Positions 1 through 12,893 of a stretch of 64,000 nucleotides of DNA are shown here, piece after piece (the first letter of the stretch is position 1; the number at the start of each line of letters is the position of its first letter). The stretch is from NCBI GenBank assembly GCA_963836185.1, contig CAWIIQ010000001.1:1824001-1888000 (forward strand), in the 5' to 3' direction. The position numbers and the translations under genes were made by a program. A model generated the notes under the pieces. The model saw nothing but the letters and a program-made list of their open reading frames with translations. It did not search any database and was not told where the DNA came from. This stretch comes from Candidatus Krumholzibacteriia bacterium. Lineage in GTDB: Bacteria; Krumholzibacteriota; Krumholzibacteriia; Krumholzibacteriales; Krumholzibacteriaceae.

Positions 1-500
1 TCCTCGACCCCCTTCCTCAGGTCGGCGATCTCATCCCGCAGACGCGCGGCCCTCTCGTAATTCTCCACTTCCACCGAGACCCTCAGCTCGCCCTCGAGGG
101 CGCGGATCCTCCGCCTCGCATTGACCTTCTCCGTGCAGTACCTCCGCGGGGACTTGCCGAGGTGCCTCGCGTTCCCGTGGATCCTCTTGAGGACCTTCGC
201 GATATCCTCCCCGAACGAATCGTAACACTTCGAGCATCCCAGTTCCGCCGACTTGCTGAATGCCGCGTATGTCCTCCCGCAATGCTCGCACCTCCGCTCG
301 GTGCCGCCTTCATTCTCCTGGTGCCGACGTCGACGAGTCCGGCAAGCAGGTCGTTCTTCTCGAAATTGCTTTTCTTGAGATAGTCGAATCCACGGGCCTC
401 CGCGCAGGTCCGGCATATGTGGATCTTCTGCACGTCGTTTCCGACGACATTTGTAAAATGTATATTCGCGTCTGTTCTTCCTGCAGAACTGGCATTTCAT
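1..500 (-). CDS. mcsA: McsA-like protein (CxxC motifs plus C-terminal UVR domain); frameshifted, runs off the window
   Basis: ATG at 500 gives MKCQFC. A shifted frame gives ANIHFTNVVGNDVQKIHICRTCAE, and a further frame gives LGCSKCYDSF...RIHGNARHLGK...ENYERAARLRDEI. Confidence 0.8.
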   Translation of the reverse strand, partial: MKCQFCRKNRREYTFYKCRRKRRAEDPHMPDLRGGPWIRLSQEKQFREERPACRTRRRRHQENEGGTERRCEHCGRTYAAFSKSAELGCSKCYDSFGEDIAKVLKRIHGNARHLGKSPRRYCTEKVNARRRIRALEGELRVSVEVENYERAARLRDEIADLRKGVE

Positions 501-504
501 ATCT

Positions 505-1186
505 TTATCGCTCCGCCTGCAGGAGCTTTCCTCCCTCCAGCACGAATCCGCGGTCGGCTCTCTGGAGGAGTTCCCTCTTGTGAGTGACCACTACGAAAGT
601 CTGGTTCTTCGACCGGCTCAGTTCCAGTATAAGCGAGTGCAGCATCTCGCTGTTTTCCTCATCGAGGTTGCCCGAAGGTTCATCGGCAAGGACGATCGCC
701 GGATTCGTTCATAAGCGCCCTGGCCACCGCTACACGCTGCTGCTCTCCTCCTGAGAGCTCGGCGGGCCTGTGAGTGATCCTCTCCGCGAGGCCGACCTCA
801 GAGAGAAGATGTGTGGCTCTTTCCTCGGATCCATGATCCGTCCCGCTCCTGAGAACGGCCGGCATCATGACATTCTCAAGGGCATCGAACTCGGGCAGAA
901 GGTAGTGAAACTGAAATACGAATCCGAGGTCCCTGTTCCTGATCTCGTTGAGTTCCTTCTCAGGAACGGAGAAGGGGTCCCTGCCCCTGACAAGCACCTG
1001 GCCGCTGTCAGGGCTGTCGAGAGTTCCGAGCACATGGAGCAGTGTCGATTTGCCCGCGCCGGAGGCGCCGAGGATCGCGACGACCTCTCCCCCTTCCGCC
1101 TTGAAATCGATCCCCCTGAGGACCTCGATATCTCCCTTGCGGCTCTTGAAACTCTTCGTGACATCTTCAGCTCTGAGAATGCTCAT
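505..1186 (-). CDS. lolD: Lipoprotein-releasing ABC transporter ATPase; one frameshift near 705
   Basis: Walker A GASGAGKST and LSGGEQQRVAVARAL. The shifted frame continues PAIVLADEPSGNLD...VVVTH to TAA at 505-507. Adjacent to a lolE-like gene. Confidence 0.88.
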
Positions 1187-1258
1187 AACCTATCACCTGT
1201 ATGAAATATACGTCCCAGTGCCCCGCGGAGCAACAGCGGCCGCGGTCAGTATCCACGA

Positions 1259-2518
1259 TCAATCGTACTTTATCGCGTCGAGAGGCGACATATTGCATGC
1301 CTCCCAGCTCGGGTAGAGGGTCGCCGCGAAGGATATCAGAAGCGCCGCCCCTGAGACCATAAGGACATCGACGGTCCTGACCACCACGGGAAGAGTATTG
1401 ATAAAATAGACGTCGGCGGGCAGATCGAGCTCGACCGCCGAAAGCAGGGCGCAGATGCCCAGTCCCGCCGCGACACCCAGGAGCGTACCGAGCGCCCCGA
1501 TGATCGTCCCCTCCATCATGAATATCGACATTATCCCTCTCGATGAGGCGCCCATCGACCTCAGTATCCCTATCTCGCTCCGTTTTTCCATGATGACCAT
1601 CGTCAGCATGCCGACGAGATTGAAGGCGGCGATCAGTATGATAAGCGTAAGGAGGAGAAACATCAGGATCTTCTCGACCTTTATGTAGCTGAAGAGGTTC
1701 CTGTTCATCCTTATCCAGTTGTTCATACCGTAAGCGCCGCTCCGCTCCAGCCTTCTGTCGATCCGGTCCTCCGTCTCAGCCGCCTTCCAGATATCGGAAG
1801 TGCGGACACCGATGCCCCTTGTCGACGCCTCGAAATCGAAGAAATCCTCCGCCTGCCCGATATCGATATAGGCGAATCGCGAATCGAATTCGAATACGCC
1901 CGTCTTGAAGAAGCCGAGGACCCGGAAATCCCTCGTCCTCGGCTGGATCTCTCCCATCCTCATCTCGGCCGGAGCGCTGACAAGGGTGATGATCTCGCCG
2001 AGATAGACTTTCAGGTCGTCGCCGAGGTCCTGGCCGATCACTATCCCCGGCAGATCCCTGCCGTCCTCGAAGCCGGTCGATTCAAACGACCTGATCGGCG
2101 GAACGAACGAATCTACTACAGCCGAGACGTTCCGTTCCGCGTCTATATCTACTCCCTTGACGATGACACCCTTCGTCTTGACCCTCATCCCGGGAATAAG
2201 CTCGTAGAAGAGCAGGGCCTCGCCCCTGATAAACGGCGAGGCGGAATCCACCCCTTCGACTTCTTCCACGATAGCGGTGACGCTGTCGATACCGGCCCAC
2301 GAGCCGGGCAGGCTCGCGAATACGATGACATGCGTGTTGAATTCGATTATCCTGCTGCGGAGCTCGCTCTCGAACCCGTTCATAAGCGAAAGGACGATTA
2401 TCAGCACCGACACTCCGACGAGAGTGCCTCCGACAGCGATCATCGTTACCCGCGATACGAATCCGCTGCGGCGCCTGGCCCGCAGATACCTGAGAGCTAT
2501 TGCCAGAGAGTAATGCAT
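1259..2518 (-). CDS. lolE: Lipoprotein-releasing ABC transporter permease (LolC/E family)
   Basis: IALRYLRARR, VLSLMNGFESEL, EKRSEIGILRSMGA and VYFINTLPV motifs. Confidence 0.9.
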   Translation of the reverse strand: MHYSLAIALRYLRARRRSGFVSRVTMIAVGGTLVGVSVLIIVLSLMNGFESELRSRIIEFNTHVIVFASLPGSWAGIDSVTAIVEEVEGVDSASPFIRGEALLFYELIPGMRVKTKGVIVKGVDIDAERNVSAVVDSFVPPIRSFESTGFEDGRDLPGIVIGQDLGDDLKVYLGEIITLVSAPAEMRMGEIQPRTRDFRVLGFFKTGVFEFDSRFAYIDIGQAEDFFDFEASTRGIGVRTSDIWKAAETEDRIDRRLERSGAYGMNNWIRMNRNLFSYIKVEKILMFLLLTLIILIAAFNLVGMLTMVIMEKRSEIGILRSMGASSRGIMSIFMMEGTIIGALGTLLGVAAGLGICALLSAVELDLPADVYFINTLPVVVRTVDVLMVSGAALLISFAATLYPSWEACNMSPLDAIKYD

Positions 2519-2525
2519 CGCTCTG

Positions 2526-4018
<1,493 letters not shown>

Positions 4019-4020
4019 CT

Positions 4021-5134
4021 TCAGCTCTTCCTTCCCTTCCATTTCAGATAACCTTCCATGAATTGTTCTATGGCCCCGTCCATAACGGCCGGGATGTTTC
4101 CGGTCTGGACCCCTGTCCTGTGGTCCTTCACCATCGTATATGGATGAAATACGTAACTCCTGATCTGGTTGCCCCAGGATATGTCCTTCTTTTCTCCGGC
4201 AGCGGCGTTCTGCTTCGCTGCCTCCTCTTCGCTCAGTTTCGTATATATGCGGGAGCGCAGGACCTTCATCGCCATCTCCCTGTTCCTGTGCTGCGACCGC
4301 TCGTTCTGGCACTGCACGACTATATTCGTGGGGAAATGGGTGATCCTTACCGCCGAGGAGGTCTTGTTGACATGCTGTCCGCCAGCGCCGCTCGCCCTGT
4401 ACGTATCGATACGGATATCATCGGGGTTGATCTCAACTTCTATGTTGTCGTCTATCTCCGGATAGACATGGACGGCGGCGAACGATGTGTGCCGCCTGTG
4501 ATTGGCATCGAAGGGTGATATCCTGACGAGCCTGTGGATCCCGCTCTCCGACTTGAGCCTGCCGAAAGCGAGATCGCCTTTCACCTCGAGGGTAGCGTTC
4601 TTTATCCCCGCCTCGTCGCCGGGCTGCAGGTCGAGCATCTTGAAGGTATATTCCTTCGTCTCGAGGAACCTCGTGTACATCCGCAGCAGCATCTCCGCCC
4701 AGTCCTGCGACTCTGTCCCACCAGCTCCCGGATGTATGTTAAGTATCGCGTTCCCGTGGTCGTTTTCCCCTGAGAGCAGGACGGCCATCTCGAATTCCGC
4801 GAGCTTCCTGTCGAGGTTACCCAGCTCATTGCAGATATCCTCGAGGATCGATTCGTCTTCCTCGCCGAGAGCGATCAGCTCGTTGAGCGAGTCGATATCA
4901 GACTTTATCTTTTTATAGGGATCGAGCCTGCTGTTGAGCGCCTTTAACCTCGACATGAGTTTTTCGGCGCCTTCCCTGTCATTCCAGAAATCAGGCGCGG
5001 TCATCTTCTTCTCTATCTCCGCCACCCCGGCCGTCAGCTTCTCGAGGTCAAAGATACTCCTTGAGGCTAAGCAGTTGCTCTTCCGCTCTTGCTACGGCTT
5101 CTGCCGCTTCCTTCGATGACAACCTCTCCTGCAT
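4021..5134 (-). CDS. prfB: Peptide chain release factor 2 with programmed +1 frameshift
   Basis: GGQ and SPF motifs. The N-terminal ORF from ATG 5134 ends in AAG GAG TAT CTT TGA C. Confidence 0.96.
5047..5062 (-). other. prfB programmed +1 ribosomal frameshift site
   Basis: The minus strand reads AAGGAG-TAT-CTT-TGA-C: internal Shine-Dalgarno plus the canonical CTT TGA C shift site. Confidence 0.93.
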
Positions 5135-5755
5135 CAGTTTTTCCTCCGCGACCGGTTGTATTCCTCGAGAAACTCATCTCTGATACGCGCCGCTTTATTC
5201 CTGACTTTGTCGAGCGGAATATCGGTGTCCAGCCTGATACCGGCCTTTTCCCAGTCCGCGTACAGGTCCCTCTGGCGCTCGATGCGCAACACGGCTTCCT
5301 CACGATCGAAACCGTTCCTGCGCATCATCCTGCGTATGCGGACCTCTTCAGGCGCGTCGGTAAGCACCACGAGGTCCGCCTTGAGTCTGAATCTATACTG
5401 CAAAAACAGCACTGCATCAAGGACTATGTATTTCGAAGTCTCCGCCAGTTCGTTGAGTTTCTCCCTGGCCAGTTTCTTGACGTATGGACGGATCAGGACG
5501 TTCAGGCGATCGAGTTTCTTCTGGTCGGAAAAGACTGTGCCCGCAAGCCTCAGCCTTGAGACCTTCCCGTCAATCGCCCATGACACCGGAGCCGAACTCT
5601 TGCCCGAGCTTTTCGACGAATCCCGGGTCCTCCAGCGCCGCGTGGGCGAGCATGTCGGCGTCCACATAGACGCCGCCCTTTGCGGCCATGACCTTCGCCA
5701 CAGTCGATTTGCCCGAGGCGATAGGTCCCGTAACTACTATAAGAGGTACTCTCAT
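5134..5755 (-). CDS. coaE: Dephospho-CoA kinase; frameshift near 5575
   Basis: VTGPIASGKSTV...VDADMLAH in ORF 5570-5755. RLRLAGTVFSD...RIRRMMRRNG in ORF 5134-5667. Follows polA. Confidence 0.88.
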
Positions 5756-8466
5756 CCGTGCGCCTCCAGCCAGTCACTGCCTGAATCGACCTCGACTTTG
5801 AGAGGAACGTCGAGCTCCACGGCAGCTTCCATCTTGTTCCTGACAAGCTCTGTCACACGCTCTTGTTCATCGAGGGGCACGTCGAAGACGAGTTCGTCAT
5901 GTACCTGGAGCACCATCCTGGCTCCCAGCCCTTCTTCCATTATCGCGTCGTCGATATCGATCATCGCGATCTTTATCATGTCGGCTGCCGTCCCTTGTAT
6001 CGGCATGTTTACCGCTATCCTCTCCGCGAAGCTGCGCAACCTGCCGTCACCTGAATCTATCTCGGGGAGTGGACGGCGCCTTCCCAGCAGAGTTTCCGCG
6101 TAGCCCTTTTCACGGGCGCTTTCCTTTGAGCTGTCGATAAAATCCCTGATCCCGGGGTATTTTTCAAAATACTCGTCTATGAACTCCTTCGCCTCGTCGA
6201 ACGGGATCCTCAGCTGCTGGGACAGCGCCCTGGGACCCTGCCCGTACATCACCCCGAAGTTGATCGTCTTGGCTCGCGAACGCATGTCATGAGTGACGTC
6301 TTTCACCTCCACACCGAATATCCTCGCCGCGGTACGCGTGTGGATGTCGGCCTTTTCCCTGAATGCCGCGACCAGCTCAGGATCGCCGGAAAGATGAGCC
6401 ATTATCCTCAGCTCTATCTGGGAGTAGTCGGCGTCGACTAGGACGTTCCCCTTCCTCGGTATGAACGCCTCCCTGATGCGCCTGCCCATCTCGGTCCGGA
6501 TCGGGATGTTCTGCAGATTCGGATCGCTCGACGACAGGCGGCCTGTGGCCGTTACTGTCTGGTTGAACGATGTGTGTATCCGCCCCGTCTTCGAGCTGAC
6601 CAGTTTCGGGAGAGCGTCTATATAAGTGCCTGACAGTTTTGTCAGTTGCCTGTACTCCAGTATCAGTCCAGCTATCGGATTCTCCACGGCGAGCTCGGTA
6701 AGGACCCTCACATCGGTGGATCGGCCCGTTTTGGTCTTCCTCGAGGAAGGAAGGCCCAGTTTCTCAAAAAGTATCTCCTGAAGCTGCTTCCCGGAATTGA
6801 TGTTGAAGGTCTCACCGGCCAGATCGTAGATCTCGCCGGTCAGCCTGTCGAGCTCGGCCGCGACCTTGCCGGAGAGAGCTTTCAGCTTCTTCGTATCGAC
6901 TCCCATCCCTTCGAGTTCCATACCCTTGAGAACGAAGCTGAGCGGCATCTCGATATCGGCAAAGAGTACGCCTGCCTCTGTATTGTCGAGTTCCGGTTCG
7001 AAGAGCTCACGGAGCCGCAGCGTGAAATCGGCATCCTCGCAAGCGTAATATGACAGTCTTTCGAGTGGAACTGTCCTGATGTCCTTCGTCCGGTCACCCT
7101 TCTCGAAAAGATCCTGGTAAGGGATCATCCTGTGTCGGAAATGATCCATCGAGAGGTTGTCGAGCGAGTGAGAACGTCTCGAGGGGTCGAGGCAGTACGA
7201 AGCGATCATCGTATCCCATTTTACGTTCTCGACCGGGAGCCCGTGCGCTTCGAGCACCTTCAGGTCATACTTGATATTGTGGCCTGTCTTCTCCGTGTCT
7301 CCGCTCTCCAGGACAGGGCCGAGCACCTCCCTCACCTTATCGAGAGGGATGCCGGCCGATTCTTCCTCCAGGTCGAACAGGCCCGTTTTCTCTTTTACCC
7401 CGCGTGACTCGACGGGGACATAGAAGGCCCTGCCTTCCTCGCAGCAGAACGAGATCCCGACCAGTTCTGCCTCGAGCGGATCAAGCGACGTAGTCTCTGT
7501 ATCGAGCGCGAATGCTCCAGCTTCGGTCAAGATCGAGGCGAGGCCCTGCAATCCCGTCTCTTCGACCGTGGCATATTCCACTGCCGATTCCGGGACGCTC
7601 CGGCCCAGGTCGAGCTCCTTGATAACCTGATTGAATTCGAGGTCAAGAAGCAGGTCAAGAAGGGTATCGTCGTCCCTCTCTCCCGGTACGAGCTGGTCAC
7701 AGGAAATATCGAGCGGAACATCGATGAGCGTGACCAGTTCCTTCGACATCAGCGCGTCTTCCACTCCTTCCTCTATCTTTCTGCGAATGTGCGCCGGCTC
7801 GATCTCCGCGCTCTTCTCCAGGATCGCGTCGAGAGAACCAAAATCCTGAAGAAGTTTCACTGCCGTCTTCTCGCCTATACCTCTTACACCGGGGATATTG
7901 TCCGCGCTGTCGCCCATCAGGGCGAGCAGGTCGGCCACCTGACCGGGGAGAAGACCGTATTTTTCATCGACCAGCTCGGGACCTGCCACATCCTTGAGAT
8001 TGGTCCCCCTGCCGGGCCGTATGATCCTGACGTGGTCGGAAAGGAGCTGGAAGAGATCCTTGTCTCCCGTTACTATCCTCACGTCTATACCTTTCGCCTC
8101 TGCCTCCCTCGCCAGGGTCGCGATGATATCGTCCGCCTCATATCCTGGTTTTAATATGACCGGTATTCCCATCGCTTCGAGCATCTCGACGATTACGGGA
8201 AACTGCGGAGACAGATCGTCGGGCATCTCTTCCCTTTGAGCCTTGTAGTCGGAATATTCCCTGTGGCGCTCAGTCTCCTCCTCGCTGTCGAATACGCAAG
8301 CGAACATCTCGGGGTGGTACGTATCTGTGAGCTGGAGGACCGCTCGCAGGAATCCGTATACAGCGCTCGTGTTATCCCCGCGCGCGTTTGTCAGCGGGTT
8401 GTGTATAAATGCGAAATACGACCTGTAGGCGATGGCGTGCCCGTCGATCAGGTAAAGTGCCATCAT
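5752..8466 (-). CDS. polA: DNA polymerase I
   Basis: 5'-3' exonuclease LIDGHAIAYRSYFA, 3'-5' exonuclease DTETT, polymerase motifs DYSQIELR, KTINFGVMYG and QVHDEL. Confidence 0.98.
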   Translation of the reverse strand: MMALYLIDGHAIAYRSYFAFIHNPLTNARGDNTSAVYGFLRAVLQLTDTYHPEMFACVFDSEEETERHREYSDYKAQREEMPDDLSPQFPVIVEMLEAMGIPVILKPGYEADDIIATLAREAEAKGIDVRIVTGDKDLFQLLSDHVRIIRPGRGTNLKDVAGPELVDEKYGLLPGQVADLLALMGDSADNIPGVRGIGEKTAVKLLQDFGSLDAILEKSAEIEPAHIRRKIEEGVEDALMSKELVTLIDVPLDISCDQLVPGERDDDTLLDLLLDLEFNQVIKELDLGRSVPESAVEYATVEETGLQGLASILTEAGAFALDTETTSLDPLEAELVGISFCCEEGRAFYVPVESRGVKEKTGLFDLEEESAGIPLDKVREVLGPVLESGDTEKTGHNIKYDLKVLEAHGLPVENVKWDTMIASYCLDPSRRSHSLDNLSMDHFRHRMIPYQDLFEKGDRTKDIRTVPLERLSYYACEDADFTLRLRELFEPELDNTEAGVLFADIEMPLSFVLKGMELEGMGVDTKKLKALSGKVAAELDRLTGEIYDLAGETFNINSGKQLQEILFEKLGLPSSRKTKTGRSTDVRVLTELAVENPIAGLILEYRQLTKLSGTYIDALPKLVSSKTGRIHTSFNQTVTATGRLSSSDPNLQNIPIRTEMGRRIREAFIPRKGNVLVDADYSQIELRIMAHLSGDPELVAAFREKADIHTRTAARIFGVEVKDVTHDMRSRAKTINFGVMYGQGPRALSQQLRIPFDEAKEFIDEYFEKYPGIRDFIDSSKESAREKGYAETLLGRRRPLPEIDSGDGRLRSFAERIAVNMPIQGTAADMIKIAMIDIDDAIMEEGLGARMVLQVHDELVFDVPLDEQERVTELVRNKMEAAVELDVPLKVEVDSGSDWLEAHG

Positions 8467-8478
8467 CTCCCCCCGTCA

Positions 8479-9072
8479 TCAGGTGTCAGAATAGAGCCCA
8501 ATGTCGCCGATATACCGCTCGACCGGTTCAGGTACGAGATACCGGATCGTACGGCCGCCGCGGACCCGGCTGCGCACCCCGCTCGACGAAATCATGTTCG
8601 CGCCCGTTTCGATGATCATCACGGCGGCCCCGGGCGGAGGCGCGGGCAGCTGCTCGCTCCCCGGTCTCATCATCGAGATAATCGTGGCATTGTCGAATAT
8701 CTCCGATGGATTCCTCCACTTCCCCATCTCGGCGAACGAATCACTGCCGACGATGAGGTGAAGCTGCTCCCTGCCGTATCCGGCCCGCGAGTAATGAAGG
8801 ACAGATTCCCAAGTGTATGACGGGCCGTCTGATCCCTCAAGGAGGGAAAGCTCGAAGAGCTTGTTTCCCTCGATCGCGAGACGGACCATCTCGATACGGT
8901 CCTCGAATGGTGATAGTATTCTTCCGGTCTTGTGAGGTGGCGCCGCTGTCGGGGTGAAAAGCACCCTGTCGAGGCCCGCGAAATCGGCGGCCATCTGCGC
9001 AAGGATCAGGTGCCCGGTATGCACTGGATCGAACGATCCCCCGAACAGCCCTATCCTCTCTTCATCAGCCAC
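8479..9072 (-). CDS. nadD: Nicotinate-nucleotide adenylyltransferase
   Basis: GGSFDPVHTGH, PPHK and ISSSGVR motifs. Confidence 0.93.
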   Translation of the reverse strand: MADEERIGLFGGSFDPVHTGHLILAQMAADFAGLDRVLFTPTAAPPHKTGRILSPFEDRIEMVRLAIEGNKLFELSLLEGSDGPSYTWESVLHYSRAGYGREQLHLIVGSDSFAEMGKWRNPSEIFDNATIISMMRPGSEQLPAPPPGAAVMIIETGANMISSSGVRSRVRGGRTIRYLVPEPVERYIGDIGLYSDT

Positions 9073-9880
9073 CGGACTTCTCTTTCGAAAGCTTCTTCAA
9101 CTGAGCCGAGGCCCTGCGTTTCTCTGAAAAATCGTGCTTCGACTGCACCGCCCTGGCGTATGCCTGAGCGGCGAGGTCTGTCTCGCCATTATTCTCGCTT
9201 ATGAGCCCGATGTAGTACCAGCTCATACCGGCCCACGATGTCTCGGGATACTCATCTATGATCTTCTGGAAATAGATCCCCGCGGCATTGTAATGCTTTC
9301 TCTTGAAGTACAGCTTCGCGCTCTGGAAAGCCTTCTTCCCGAGCAGATCATAGATCTCGTCGCGGACCTGCAGGGCTTCCTCCCTGCGCGGGCTGTCGGG
9401 GAATATATCGAGGAACCTCTGTATCCTCACCAGCGCCTGATATGTTTCACGCTGGTCTCTCTCCGCCCTCTGGGTCATCTCGAAGGAACACAATCCCTCG
9501 AGGAAAAATGCGTCATCGACATATTCGCTGTAGCCGAAATCAGCGATCAGTATCCTGTATTCGACCGCGGCAAGGGCGAACTCACTGGCTCCCCTGTACG
9601 ACTCGGCCAACATGAACTGGGCGTAATCGCTTCTCTCATCCCCGGCGAAGACCGCGAGGAAATCCTTGTACTCCATTCCCGCCTGCGTGTACTTCTTTCT
9701 CCCGTACAGATCGTCCGCCAGCCTCAGCTTCTCATCCGGGACGTTCACGCTTTTAGCGGAATACGGCCCGCCGCATGAGGATAGCGTCGCGGCAAACAGG
9801 GTCATGAAAGCCAGCGACCTAACGAAGGTTTTTCTTCCTCTCAGCCTCAATCCTCTCAATCCTTTCCTTCGCCTTTTCAA
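9065..9880 (-). CDS. bamD: Outer membrane protein assembly factor BamD
   Basis: Lipobox LSSC, TPR helices, ERDQRET...FLDIFPDS...AKLYFKRKHYNAA. Confidence 0.85.
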   Translation of the reverse strand: MKRRRKGLRGLRLRGRKTFVRSLAFMTLFAATLSSCGGPYSAKSVNVPDEKLRLADDLYGRKKYTQAGMEYKDFLAVFAGDERSDYAQFMLAESYRGASEFALAAVEYRILIADFGYSEYVDDAFFLEGLCSFEMTQRAERDQRETYQALVRIQRFLDIFPDSPRREEALQVRDEIYDLLGKKAFQSAKLYFKRKHYNAAGIYFQKIIDEYPETSWAGMSWYYIGLISENNGETDLAAQAYARAVQSKHDFSEKRRASAQLKKLSKEKSGG

Positions 9881-10758
9881 CGAGCCTGCCGCTCGAACCG
9901 AGGTTCAGGTTGATGACTTCAGTATAGTAACGCAATGCCATCGGGTAGTCGTCCCTCGATTCATATATCTCGGCCAGCAGGAAATTCGCCTTTTCCCTGA
10001 CGAGCGGGTTAGCGGCGTCGGCGGCCAGTTCACCGAGTATCCTTTCGGCCTCCTCAGGGTCGCCGCCTGACAGCATCTCAGTCCCCGAATCGAGAAGCAG
10101 GTTCTCCAGTTTCCACTCTGCCGTGCTTCTCATCCTGCTCTTCGGGTACCGCTCCTGGAAATCCTTGTAGAGTTCTATTGCCTCGAGCGTATCACCGTGT
10201 CCCTCGTATGATGCTCCGAGGTCCATCATCACTCCCGCGGCACCTGCCGTATCGGGATATTCCCCGAGAAAAACGGAATAATAGTGTATCGCGCCGCGAT
10301 AGTCCTTCCTGTCGAGCATAAGGTCCCCGGCGAGCCCGTTGTACGGGCCAAAATCCAGGTCCGGATCGTAATTCACAGACTGGATTATGAACCGGCTTCC
10401 TTTCGCCGTCAGCCCCTTTTCGAGGCTCTCGAGCGCTTCTTCCTTCAGCACGCCTGCTATCCTTGGCGCCCATGTCGAGTCACTGATAAATATCTCGGCA
10501 AAACTGTCGGATGCCTCGGCCTCGATACCGAGCCTCATGTACGCTTTCCCGCTTAAGAACAGAAGCTCCGGAGTGCGTTCGCCTCCCCTTCGGAAGTGAA
10601 GCCTGATGATGTACAGAGCCTCGCGGTAGTTCCCTTTCGCGTACTCTTCCTCGGCCTGTTCGAGCACAGGCTTGCTTCCGCATGAAATAGCGGCTGCGGC
10701 CGATCAAGACAAGCCCGAGGAACACGAGCCTCCTGAAATGAAGTCGGAAGACTGTCAT
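9819..10758 (-). CDS. Exported TPR protein (CpoB/BamD-like); N-terminus probably frameshifted near 10690
   Basis: TPR repeats with YPDT/YPKS turns in ORF 9819-10667. A signal-like MTVFRLHFRRLVFLGLVLI starts at 10758 in another frame. Confidence 0.65.
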
Positions 10759-10770
10759 CCGTATCCCGGT

Positions 10771-11461
10771 TCAGTTTGAATCCTGATTAGAGAAGAACAG
10801 GTATACCAGGCCTACTACGATTCCAGTGACGATGACGGGTTCGACGAACCTGCTCCATTTGATCTCGTCCCTTACCGGCATGGTAAAATCACGCGCGGGA
10901 TCCTCTACGCGGTCAAGCAGCGAATACGCGATCCTGTCCTCGTACTTCTTCTGGGTCTCTCCGACCCAGACGATCTCGCCCGTTACCGAATCGAGCAGTT
11001 TGACGAATAAACCCATTTCCGCCAGCCTCTCGACCTCTTTCGCCCCGACCCAGTAGCTGCGGCCGATATCCGGGTACTCGATGGAGTAGGTTATGATCTG
11101 GTATGCGAACACATAGGCCGATGTCCCGGTCTGGTCCGTGTCCACGACCTTGGATGCTATTCTAAGCCCGGCTTCCGTCATCTTGCTGGCAAGCTCTGTT
11201 CTCGAAGACCTGGTCGATCCCTGAACTGACCCCGCCCTCCTTACGGAGGAGCAGGACCGTGTCCCTCGCCAGTGACGGCATATTCACTGCCAGCTCGTCG
11301 AGAGCCTCGCCGGCTATCTTCTCAAGTATCTCGTAGTTCGTAATCGTGTTCTCCCCGGTTCCCTGCGGAGAACTTACTGCCGGGAATGTCGTTATTATAA
11401 GGGCCAGGCACAGCACTACTGCCGTCCTGACCAGAAGTCTTTCGTCTCTGAAGCGATTCAC
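10771..11461 (-). CDS. Hypothetical exported protein with C-terminal transmembrane anchor; frameshift near 11185
   Basis: GTG at 11461 after GGAGG, then a signal peptide. The second frame ends EPVIVTGIVVGLVYLFFSNQ. Confidence 0.6.
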
Positions 11462-11579
11462 GAAATACCTCCAATAGGGGCTTCCTGTTCTATTTATAAA
11501 CGGCACGTGCCGTAAGATTCCGGCAGGAGCTGTATATTCCAGTTAACGTAGAATATAATCAGCATTTACGGATTCAATG

Positions 11580-12893
11580 TCAAATGAATTCTCCTGACGG
11601 CAGGGCGAAAAGGTCGTATGCCTCAGAGCGGTCCACAACAGCTTTGCCGATCGTCCCCTCGAGAGCAGCCGAATCCTCGAGCCATGTAATACCATCGATC
11701 TCGGGGGCCTGCCCGTACCACCGTCCCGAAACGGCCCCTTTCGTCCCGGAATCGACGAGCACCTCGATCTCACTGCCTTCCATATCGGCCAGTATATCGG
11801 CGGAAATATCGAATTGAAGGGAAGATAACTCTTCGAGCCTCTCGCTGATCACCTCGTCCGGGACCTGTTCCCCGAGACGCGCGGCGGGAGTCCCACGCTC
11901 AGGAGACCATTTGAATATACCGGCGTGGTTGAACCTGTACTCCTCGAGAAATGCGAAAAGCCGCTCGAAATCCCCGGCTGGTCTCGCCGGGGAACCCGGT
12001 CATGAGTGTCGTGCGTATCACCAGGCCCTCGATCCTCGATCTGAGGGTGTCGAATATGAATCGCAGCCCCTTTTCAGTGTACCCCCTCCCCATCCTTTCG
12101 AGAACGGGGTCCGCGACATGCTGGATCGGGATATCGAGATACGGGACCACCCTCGTCGAGCTGATGATACGGGCAATTCCCTCGGCGTCGATCCGGGCCG
12201 GATGGAGATACATCAGCCTGATCCACTCAAGGCCGTCTATGCGTGAGAGGCATTCGAGAAGGAAATGAAGATCATATGCCCCATCTCTATCGGTGCCCCA
12301 CGCTGTCGTGTCCTGAGCGATTACTATCAGCTCCCTGACTCCCGAAGAGGCGAGTGAAGCCGCCTCCCGCAGGAGTTCATCGCCGGAACGGCTCGCCAGA
12401 TCCCCTCTTATGGAAGGGATCGTGCAGTAACTGCACCTGTTCGAACACCCCTCTGATATCTTAGGTAGGCGGTGTGCGGAGGAGTGAAAAGGATCCTCCC
12501 CGTCCCGGGCGGAAGGTCCCCGGCAACGACATCGGCCAGTCCCTCCATCGATTCGACATCGAGAAAGATATCGACCTCGGGCATCAGATCCTTGAGCTTT
12601 TCGCCCTCCCTGGTCACGAGGCACCCGAGGACCGCGATAAGCTGCCACTCCTCCCTGGCTGCGGCGATCTCCAGTATCTGCTCGACAGATTCCTCTTCGG
12701 CCGCCTCGATGAATGCGCAGGTCGTCACGACGAGCAGCCCGGCCCCGGCAGGATCTGCTACCCCGGTCCAGCCCGCCATTTCGAGACGAGCGGCCGCTCT
12801 TTCCGCATCCACGAGGTTCTTGGGACAACCGAGATTGTAAAAGTGGTATGTCGCAGGGCGGTCGATATTATCTACTTTCCTCGTATTCTTCAC
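11580..12893 (-). CDS. rimO: Ribosomal protein S12 methylthiotransferase; two apparent frameshifts
   Basis: LGCPKNLVDAE, KISEGCSNRCSYCTIP (radical SAM), LMYLHP, GFPGET and TRAM-end QAPEIDG, spread over three frames. Confidence 0.9.
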
